A stretch of 64,000 nucleotides of DNA from Tubiluchus corallicola (lineage: Eukaryota; Animalia; Priapulida): contig JAQGDQ010000619.1 of NCBI GenBank assembly GCA_030141605.1, forward strand, positions 62,001 through 126,000, given 5' to 3'. A program made the position numbers and the translations under genes. Below the pieces are notes generated by a model, which was given only the letters and a program-made list of their open reading frames with translations, was not told the origin of the DNA and did no database searches. Numbering within the stretch: position 1 is the stretch's first letter; every line of letters starts with the position of its first letter. Below are positions 52,706 through 64,000 of this stretch, piece after piece.

Positions 52706-55394
52706 CACAAAAGCATCCAACATTCAGACATGATGGTAGTGCATAGAGTTTCCTGTACAGTGAATGTCAGTTCGACACTAACTGCCGGAAATAGACGTGA
52801 ATTTATTCACACTTGTGGCGATAAGTCCGAATACGTTTATAGCCGTACGTTAAACATGGTCTAATGGGGTTCGAGAAAATGTAACAATGAAACGTGGTCA
52901 CAGCAGAAACGTCACGATGGATTCACGGAACTTAAGAGACTCAACTTGGACATCTAACTGACAGCAAACAGGAGGGAAAGTCCACCTTCCCCAGAGACGA
53001 AGAAAAAATGTAACTCACGCTAACTTTTCATGATCATCTGACCTGACCAACACCTTGGCTCCTTGTTTAAGTAGGGTTTTAACTATTTAACCCAGTTCTT
53101 GTGCTGCCATCTATCACACAATAGATGAAGAAACTAGGAAATTGTCCATAAGTCAGTTTTTCTAGTTATTCAGATATCTTAAGTGTCCATTTCATTTTGA
53201 TACCAAGTTCATCACTCTATGTTATTTCTAAGTTGAGATAATCCACATTGAAGTTGAGGTGCAGGCTACACACTGAAAACATAATCTTGAAAAAATCACT
53301 GTTAAAGTTTGTCATTGTTTTTTTGTTGCATTTCTACAAACGGTTAGCAGCCGTGCAAATATTGGTTACTGTGGACTTCGCAAGATCATGCAGGTTTATG
53401 ATGTCACAAGATCATTGATTGGCAGGCTTATGATGTCACAAGATCATCGATTGGCAGGTTTATGATGTCACAAGATCATTGATTGGCAGGTTTACGGTGT
53501 CACAAGATCATTGATTGGCAGGTTTAGTTCCAAGCTTTTTACACTCATCAAACTACAAATAGTTAATCTGAAAAACTGAAAATGATCAACTTGCATTAAC
53601 TGACTAACTGACTAACTAACTGACTTGGGTTCCTGTCTCTTTATGGCTTCATTTGCATCTGAATTTTATCAACTTTTCTCATTGATTTAGCTCAATCTGA
53701 GACGTACTGCCTTGCGTCGTAAAATATAATCTTCCTTTTTACAACTTTTTGCACGCGTTTGTGACATCTCTTATGACGAAATGGATCCTCTTCCTTCTAA
53801 TCCTCAGAATTAGCAAAAGCGTTACAGATTTCTCATACAAATGATTGAAAAGAAAATGTGGGTAGTTCTGGTAGGTGGTCAGTAGGCCTACAGTGGACCT
53901 ACAGTGTAAAATTGTGTCCATCAAAGTTTGAGATGTTTCTAAAGTTCCAACAAACAAACTCCTGTGATGAACTGTGGTAGTTGAAATACTCGTGTTTCTT
54001 AGGGACTTGAGATTCAACTTACAATATACTTTTTGAGAAAAGACAACAATTGTTGTTGAAAATGTTGATGATAATTGTATTTTTATTATGTTGTTATTTA
54101 CGGACTAGCTGCTAGCAGTTACTTCTAAATTTATATCTAAATAAATTGTCCTTCTTCGACTTGATATTTTGGTGATTTCATACTCTTGGGAAGCTGTGTT
54201 GATGAAGAATACTTTTAAGATGACATTTTAACTGCTTACCAGACTTTTTTCTATACTAATGTCAAAGTTCATTGTTATTTGTGTTGATAATCTTTTGCGT
54301 TTTTACATTATAATTGCACTCATTATCTAAACAGTTTATTTTTATAGTTTTTTTTGTAAATCTTATAAATTATGTTTGTAAGAAGTGTCATTTTTAATTA
54401 AGGTTGTTAATTACTAATTACGTACTTACTAATTATTTATGTACAAGCAATCAAGTGGTATATATATTAAGATTCATTTGTATACAGAAGTGATAAATGT
54501 GATGGTTTGTTTTACAATAATAAACTGGTTGATCGTTATTATAAATGCTGTTTTATGACTGTGTCACTGACGTCATTTAAACGCATAAACCTGTATAGAA
54601 ATCTAGAATACTTTTGTCTCATCACACTGACCCCTAGTGGCAAAAAAAGGCTCGTTTGTGGAACCAATTGTAAAAATGCACCCCTATTCCAGTTGCCTCG
54701 TCTTGTTGGTTTATTGCTTCTTACCAGCCACGATCAGGTTTCAGAACCCAGCCTTGAGGTTTGTATTTATGAGGCTGGCTAACAGAAACATGTGGGGCGG
54801 ATCTAGTTCGGGGGTGTCTTGTTGTTCTCGGTACTGCGTTGAAAGACAGGCTAATACTTGCAAGGATACGCAAATATTTACAGTTGTTTGTGACTTTTGT
54901 GAATCGAAAGTCTAAATGAGAAGTTTTTCAGATTTAGAGGTGCTCTCTGCAGTTGAAAAAGCAAACCGACCATCCTTAAGCTAACTCTATTAATAAACCA
55001 TCGGTGGAGTGTGTTCATTCTCTTACACATGAACAGTTGTTTCCTCGTTGCCTGATATTATAATTGTGAGTTCGTAGCAAGAAAAATTGGTTTTGTGTTT
55101 CGAAAAAAATGAAGATGTGAAAATTTTCTCGGATGCATTTCTTGTCTAATGTAAGTGCGTTTATAAATATTTGTATGTATCTTGGATATTAAAACGATAG
55201 TAGAGTAATTTATACTTACAATAAGATAGTAAAGGGCCATGCGAATTTGCATTTCTTAATTAATCCAATTACCTTTTGTATCCGATCTTCGATCATGATT
55301 TTTGCTGGTGTCTTAAAAAGTTTATAGACAGACTAGCACTTGGGGATGTTAATATGATTCTTATATAAAATATGAGAATACGTCAAGTAAGGAG

Positions 55395-56440
<1,046 letters not shown>

Positions 56441-56764
56441 GGCGTATTTAGAAGAAACGTCAAAGAACATTTTTCTTCACCGAATCTGTTTCTCTTCAAA
56501 CTTTTGAAAGTTTTCAGATGATGGTAATGTGTTTGCTAAATACTGTCGTGGTAGCTTTGATTTGCAGGGATTTTATTACTTACTACAATGTTCCTGGCAT
56601 CATTCCATCGGTTCTTTTAAACATTTAAGTAGGTTGATGAACAGTCTCAAACATTCTATTTTAATGATCATAACGATGATGATGACGATGACGATCAAGA
56701 CTAAATAAACACAATAACTGAGAGCTTCTCTTCAAGTCTTTCTTTGCTTTTTTATCTATTGTTT

Positions 56765-58076
56765 ATTGTATATTGTATTGTATTATGCTGCATTATATTA
56801 TATTGTATTGTATTGTATTGCATTTCATTGTATTTCATTTCATTTCATTGTATTTCATTTCATTTCATTTCATTGCATTGCATTTCATTGCATTGTATTG
56901 TATTGTATTGTATTGTATTGTATTGTATTGTATTGTATTGTATTTCATTTCATGTCATTGTATTTCATTTCATTGCATTTCATTGCATTGTATTGTATTG
57001 CATTGCATTGCATTGCATTGCATTGCATTGTATTTCATTTCATTTCATTGTATTTCATTTCATTGCATTGCATTGCATTGCATTGCATTGTATTGTATTG
57101 TATTGTATTGTATTGTATTGCATTGCATTGCATTGCATTGCATTGACTGCATTGCGTTGCGTTGCATTGCATTAAATTGCACTGCACTGAACTGTACTGT
57201 GCTGTTTTGCACTGTACTGTACCGTACCGTATCGTATCGTATCGTATCGAGAGCGAGAGAGAGAAAGAGAGTGAGAGAGAGAGAAAGAGCGAGAGAGAGA
57301 GAGCAAGAGAGAGAGAGCGAAAAAGGGAGAGAGAGAGCAAGAGAGAGAGAGCGAAAAAGAGGGAGAGAGAGAGAGAACAAGAGAAAGACAGAAAGAGAGA
57401 GAGAGAGAGAGAAAGAGAAAGGGGGGAGAGAGAGCAAGAGAGCGAGAGAGAGAGAGAGAGGGAGAGAGAGAGCGAAAACGAGGGAGAGACAAAGAGAGAG
57501 AAAGAGAGCAAGAGAGAGAGAGAGACTGAGACAGCGAGAGAAAGAGAAAGCAAGAGAGAGAGAGATGTGTTTAGTGAATACCTGCATAATTTATAAAAAA
57601 AACTTTTAGCATGCACTGGATATATATTTTCGCAAAGAATGTGATAGAGTAACTGTGTGAATGGTGGTAAGTTTTCAAATTTTTCATAGTATAATATATG
57701 TAAGGTTGGGAAGTTATTAAAAGTATAGACGCAGTGTACAATGACAGTCGCCCATTGTTTTCCAGACTCGCGCTTACATTTCCAAGACTACGCAAAGCAG
57801 CGTCATTCTGGTTTATACTGTACTTTCAGCGTGTAAACTTGAACGTGAAGCGAAGAGATCTGCAATTTTTATTATCATTATTTTAATTTATTTTATTTTA
57901 TTGTTCATATATACTTGTGTGTGTGTTTGCACTGACTGCCGCTTGGGTGAGTGATATTCTAATTACTTGACACTTTATGAACTTGGTTTATTTTAAAGAT
58001 TAAGAGAATTGAACGCAGTTGTGGCTAGGCAGTATTATGAGTCATTTTTAAAAAGAGGCAGAGAGAGAAAGAGAGC

Positions 58077-58114
<38 letters not shown>

Positions 58115-58156
58115 CAGAAAGAGAGGGAGAGAGAGAGAGAGAGCAAGAGAGAGAGA

Positions 58157-58209
<53 letters not shown>

Positions 58210-58402
58210 TGAGAGAGAGAGAGAAAGGGAGAGAGAGGAAAGAGAGAGAAAGAGAGAGAGAGAGAAAGAGAGAGAGAGAGCAAGAGAGAGAGAGAGCAAG
58301 AGGGAGACAGAGAGAAAGAGAGAGAGAGAGGGGCAGAGAGAGGGGAGAGAGAGAGAAAGTGATAGAGAGGGAGAGCGAGAAAGAGAGGGGAGAGAGAAAG
58401 AA

Positions 58403-58433
<31 letters not shown>

Positions 58434-58578
58434 AAAGAGAGCGAGAGAGAGAGGGACAGGAAAAGAGAGAGAAAGAGGGAGGGAGAGAGTGAGAGGAAGA
58501 GCAAGAGAGAGAAAGAGCAAGAGAGAGAAAGAGAGCGAGTGAGAGAGAGAGAGAAAGAGAGCAAGAGAGAGAGAGAGA

Positions 58579-58668
<90 letters not shown>

Positions 58669-58673
58669 AACAT

Positions 58674-58708
<35 letters not shown>

Positions 58709-58732
58709 CTACTGCTACTGCTACTGCTACTG

Positions 58733-58775
<43 letters not shown>

Positions 58776-59465
58776 AGCGACAACCATGGCAACATTGACG
58801 ACAATAACAACAAAAGTGGCAGCAGCAGCAGCAACAGCAACTACAAAAATGGCAACAACAACAACATCAACTTCATCATCAATGACAATGACAAGAACAA
58901 CATCAGTTGCAACAAGGGCAACAACAGTACCACATGCTACAAGAAGAGCAGCAGTAGCAACAATGATGACAACTACAACAGAAACAACCATGATCACAGC
59001 ATCAGCAACAACAGCAGCAGCAGCAACCACAACAAGAACAACAAAGTAGCCACAGCAGCTGTAACAACAACAACAACAATGATAATTACAACAACAATAA
59101 CCTAAACTGTAATTACAACAACTGTGGCAACAACAGCAATAGCAACAATGATAACAAAAGTGGCAGCAGCAGCACCATTAACAACATCAGTAGCAACGAC
59201 AGCAAAAGCAAATGCAGCAACAACAACCACGGCAACAGTGTAAACTGCACCACAGTGTGGCGCCAATAATGATAATTTCAACAACAATAACCAAAACTAC
59301 AATTGTAACAACTGTGGCAACAACAGCATTAGCAACAAAAGCAACAATAACTACAGCAACAGCAAAATAAAACCCCAAACATGGCAACAACACCAGATAA
59401 AGGAAACAGCAACAAGAACAACAGCAGCAGCAACAACAACATGCATGATGATGATGATGATGATG
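56765..59465. repeat. Compound low-complexity region: (ATTGT/ATTTC/ATTGC)n, GA-rich tracts, (GCT/ACT/CAA)n
   Basis: Seen directly; source of many spurious ORFs. Confidence 0.95.
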
Positions 59466-59557
59466 ACTGTTCGTCAAAACAAAACAAATTACAAACATAT
59501 AAATACATCAATCCATCTATTTACCAACTAAATACCAGGAAAATTAATATACAGTTA

Positions 59558-59558
59558 G

Positions 59559-59629
<71 letters not shown>

Positions 59630-60290
59630 GAGTTTATTTCGTGTAAAATATACAGTTTACAAAGGTAAAGATGTTAGTAAAACAGGTAATGCGATGTTAG
59701 TAAAGTAACATATCTACAGACATTCAACTTTATAATAACCACACATTGTAGTTCCCTTGTAATTATATTACATTATATAGTGTTGTAAGGAGCTATAATA
59801 GATATCTTAAAATATAATCTTTAAATGAGTTCTTAACCTTTAATTTTACATTTTCATTTAGATCTACAGTACAACCATATTTAAATCTTAAATTTACTCG
59901 ACTGTTATTTACATAGTAGCATAGCTTTGGAATTCTCAATGTGCAAGAGTTTACAATTTTTCTCACAAAGTTCAATCTTCGACTATCTATTAAATAATTC
60001 GCAGGCGTTGTGCCACAAAAATACATTAACAATTTGACGCTTTCATTTTGTCTAAAACTGAATATTTTTCTATAAGCAGTGTTCCATTTTACCCTAATGG
60101 CATTAACTTCATTGTTTGATGTACCCCCAATTTCGCATCCGTATAACAAAATGGGTAGACAATATGTATTGATCAGAGTTTTAGCTACTATGTCATTACG
60201 ATTATGGCCCATACTTGAGAGAATATTATTCACGGAACCAATGAATTTCCTTTTTAACCTTGAAACATCAATAGAAAAACTATCATTATG
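59558..60290 (-). mobile_element. Truncated LINE ORF2 C-terminus with (TAA)n tail
   Basis: TYCLPILLYGCE...WNTAYRKIF; minus strand gaaataaactc followed by (AAT)n at 59558-59628. Confidence 0.8.
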
Positions 60291-61146
60291 TTGACGATAG
60301 TGGCAGAATCAATAAATACAGTGTAATTACGAACAGTTCTACCAACAAATTTTAATCAAAATTGTCATCATTAAATTTTGAAAAAGCGGTGACTTTGGGA
60401 GATTTTGGAAGGGTTTGTACGATCTCCTTTTATTAGGAAAGATCTGGTAAGTTCGAATACCAAATAATAAATAATCATAATATAATGCTATAAAAATATG
60501 GTCATCAATTCCTCGTGAAATGAAAACTCTTAGTCTTTATAGTTTTTGTCGGTATCAACGGCTACAAAAATTAACCTTGGAAACGAAAAAATGATTGGGG
60601 TGTGGGGGGGTTTTTTCGTGTCCGTGGTCAAACGGCTGAAATTTCGTAAGAATGTCCAAAGCGTTGTTATAAAGCAGTCAAAAGATCGTTTATGAAAGTT
60701 TGGAAGCCATTCCGTTCACCTCAAAGTTTGGCTTCAGTTGAATGTGATTAATAATTATTACTCGTAACACTGGCGTTCATTCTTATAATAGTTTTGAAAA
60801 TTTCTTGCAGCAAAAGTTTAACAATTTAGTAAGCGTGTTACATTCACTGTAAGCTTGAAGTTTACATGAGGCGGAACATCTGTTTCTAATGAGATTTCAA
60901 GTTACATTCCTACTCGGTTAAAGATTACTTTAGAAAGACCACGGAGCTCTCATAACACTTGGTTTATTTCCGCCTGAGCCATTTTTATCTCGAGATGTTA
61001 AGATCCTGACTCAGGTCGCATGATTCTATCAATGGGCCATTATATTACTTGAACGGCTCCAGCTATTTTATTGGCTAATATAACCTTTAGTCTAGCAGTT
61101 TTGAAGCTTTCTGTGATTAAGGACAGAGCTGGGAATATGTTAGTGT

Positions 61147-61572
61147 TGCCCTCTAGCAAAATGACTGATACCCTGGCGGAGGTTTTGTGTTTCTCACCCT
61201 CTAGGAAAATGACTGATACCCTGACTGAGTTTTTGTGTTTCTCACCCTCTAGGAAAATGACGGATAACCTGACTGAGTTTTTGTGTTTCTTACCCTCTAG
61301 CAAAATGACTGATACCCTGACTGAGTTTTGTGTTTCTTACCCTCTAGGAAAATGACGGATAACCTGACTGAGTTTTTGTGTTTCTCACCCTCTAGGAAAA
61401 TGACGGATAACCTGACTGAGTTTTTGTGTTTCTTACCCTCTAGGAAAATGACTGATGCCCTGACTGAGTTTTTGTGTTTCTTACCCTCTAGGAAAATGAC
61501 TGATACCCTGACTGAGTTTTTGTGTTTCTTACCCTCTAGGAAAATGACTGATACCCTGACTGAGTTTTTGTG
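61147..61572. repeat. 48-bp minisatellite, ~9 copies
   Basis: ccctctaggaaaatgactgataccctgactgagtttttgtgtttctta repeated. Confidence 0.95.
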
Positions 61573-61684
61573 TCTGAAAAGTCAGAAATGTCTTTTGTGC
61601 GTGTATAAGTAACTATGGTATAAACTTGTGATATTCTGTTTGCCAAATGTAAAGATTGTCAAGTAATCTACTTCTTATCGTATG

Positions 61685-62200
61685 CTTTAGTTTAAACATA
61701 ATTTATTATAGGATTGGATCAGACAGTTTGAACAACATGATTTAGGATCCTCACCACAACAATCTATACACAACATTTACAAAAACATTTACAGTAAGAA
61801 TAAACTATAACTACACAAGCTGACAAGTTTTACTACAAGAATACATTAGACATTAGTAGAAAATGACGGTTAGAAAATATTAATGTACGAATATTTAAGC
61901 CTGATGCATTTCATATCAGATAGAAACTACTGGAAGCGTTTAGTACTTAACATAAAGTCATGTATACATTGGAATATTTTACAGTTAGCAACATAGTTAA
62001 ATTCATCTTTTCCGAATAATAACAACTTCAACAGATCATTATTTCCTAAGGCAGCTATATTAATGTTTTCGGGCAGAAGTATTTCATTTAATTTATCATA
62101 CATAACAACCCTAGCTAGTTGATACAATGAGCAGTGCAACAAAAAGTGTTCAACAGACTCAAATCGAAATCCACAGTTACAATTGGGCTGTAACTTCAAG
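61685..62200 (-). mobile_element. LINE 3' fragment with CCHC knuckle, same family as 40150-40827
   Basis: CNCGFRFESVEHFLLHC...LLLFGKDEFNYVANCKIFQCIHDF; identical 3' hairpin region ggatcctaaatcatgttgttcaaactgtctgatccaatcc. Confidence 0.88.
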
Positions 62201-62551
62201 CGCTGGACCCTCTGGTTACACTAGATAAAGGTGCTTTGCTAAAAAATGCCACTTTATCTATGGCTCGTGTCTACATGTAATTGACTAACACATTGTCAGA
62301 TGACAGTGAATTCCACGAAGTTCAAATGGCTCAAGATTTAAAAATGCTAATCAGTCAGGGTGCGACATACTGCCAGGATCGCAGATCATTAACTTTTGTC
62401 CATTTGCCTGGCCCTTTGTTTATAAGGAAACAAAATCATGTTTTTAACAAAGATGGCTACCAAGAATGTCCATTTCTGTTTGTTTTTTGCAGCATATTAT
62501 CAAAGAAGATGATCACGTGACGAAGCCTTATTCACCACCGTTCTGAATACC

Positions 62552-63722
62552 ATGGAACATGAAAAAATATTGCTGCTTTTACTTGTCTGTTCTGCCTATT
62601 TTCTGATGACCAATGCCCGAGGAGTGACCATTAGAACCAAAAGCGGCCGAATTCGGGGATTCGTTCAGCACGTGCTCCAGAAAAACATCAGGACGTTTTA
62701 CGGGATCCCCTACGCCAAGCCCCCATTGGGCAAGCTCAGATTCGCTAAGCCGGTCTCGATTTCTAGATGGAAAGGCAGAAAAGTGGCCAAGAAAAAACCC
62801 GCGTCCTGTTCTCAGGTAGATATTGGAAATGTGATTCGTTTCAATCTGACTTTCAAATGGAACGTTGATACCACCAGCGAGGACTGTCTGTATTTAAACG
62901 TCTGGGCCCCGGAATCTGGATCTGACTTGGCGACGATGGTGTGGATTCACGGCGGAGGTCTCTTTCTCGGAGGTTCTTCTCTGAACATCTACGACGCCAA
63001 ATATTTGTCTTCATTCGCAAATATTATCGTGGTTTCAATAAACTATCGCCTGGGCCCGCTTGGCTTCATGTTTCTTAATCACAGCGCAGTTCCAGGCAAC
63101 ATGGGCTTGCTGGATCAGCACCTGGCACTGAGGTGGATCCATGGCAACATCCGAGCATTTCGAGGCAACCCGGACCGAATCACCATAGCCGGACAGAGCG
63201 CTGGAGGGTCCAGCGTGGCTTACCACCTTCTGTCTCCACTCAGCAGGGGTCTCTTTTCTAGGGCAATACTACAGAGTGGGGTGGCTTCGTCTCTTAATTA
63301 TCACTTCTCTTTTGCTCCTGCGCAGCTGATGTATGAAACATCCACTGCCCTGGCTGACGCAGTGGGGTGTTCGAAGGAAACAATGGCAGCTACTATTGAC
63401 TGCCTCCGCCAAGTGCCCCGAGACGATTTGACCCACAGAGTTTTTGGTGTGTCCCAAGGCAAAGGTGCAATACCCGTAGCAGTGAGTGCAACCGTAGATG
63501 GGGAGTTTCTCACTAGCTCCCCCGACCGGGCAGCGATTGAGAGTGACCTGTCTGTTCCCATCCTCCTGGGTATCACCAAAGATGAAGGTTCCCTATTTCC
63601 AATTTTCGCTCTTCCAGAATTATTTCCTGAACTTGACACGTACAACTGTTCCACAGCTCAGTACGAAGATGCCATTGACACGTTTTTCTCGTGGAAGCAC
63701 AAAGTTGTTAAAAAGATAATAG
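62552..63722 (+). CDS. First coding exon of a cholinesterase-like type-B carboxylesterase
   Basis: Signal peptide; GIPYAKPP, SEDCLYLNVW, WIHGGG, NYRLG, GNMGLLDQ, GQSAG nucleophile, AILQSG and KDEG motifs. Probable phase-1 donor G|GTAATC at 63722/63723; the rest of the gene lies beyond the window. Confidence 0.92.
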
Positions 63723-64000
63723 GTAATCATATTATAATAAATAAAGTAACACTATGAGTCAATTTCTGCTGGCAAGCCTTCACAGGTAAAGCTTTTACTG
63801 AATCCAGGTAAAAAGTCACGGGGTGGGGGGGGGAGTCACAGGGAGCAAGTTACAGGACCATAACTTTAATTCTAGCCCCAAACTCCAACCCTACGCTAAA
63901 ATATCGAACAAAACGTGATTTTTTTCACGTACATGTAATGTTATCAAACATGAACAGTATCGTCAATATGTATAAGTCTTTTATTGGCAGTTATAATTGA

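Noticed and set aside
63723-63757. ORF end NHIIINKVTL as the esterase C-terminus
   Set aside because: The catalytic His is still missing and a GT donor lies at 63723, so this is likely intron.

Overview
AT-rich, repeat-dense genomic DNA from a eukaryote (an invertebrate animal; the 5S sequence and the SINE/LINE types suggest a protostome, possibly a lophotrochozoan, which is inference). Four protein-coding genes are supported. (1) A minus-strand GT49 / B4GAT1-like (B3GNT1-like) type II glycosyltransferase with coding exons at 20162-18420 and 6296-6170; its remaining exons probably lie left of the window. (2) The last four exons of a plus-strand ABCA-subfamily (ABCA5-like) transporter at 40936-41147, 50016-50105, 50950-51089 and 51780-51886, all joining in frame at GT-AG junctions. 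(3) An intronless GT92/DUF23 glycosyltransferase ORF (44508-46121) nested on the same strand inside an ABCA intron. (4) The first coding exon of a cholinesterase-like carboxylesterase (62552-63722). The rest is minisatellites, microsatellites, truncated non-LTR retrotransposons (RTE and others, two with exact TSDs), Kolobok-, piggyBac- and hAT-like MITEs, tRNA-derived SINEs and a 5S-rRNA-headed SINE with RTE-like body and tail. Most notable are the nested glycosyltransferase/ABCA architecture, the 5S-RTE SINE, a 2.1-kb long inverted repeat and tandem arrays built from LINE 3' ends. No prokaryotic systems such as CRISPR are present. All family assignments are by motif recognition, not database search.
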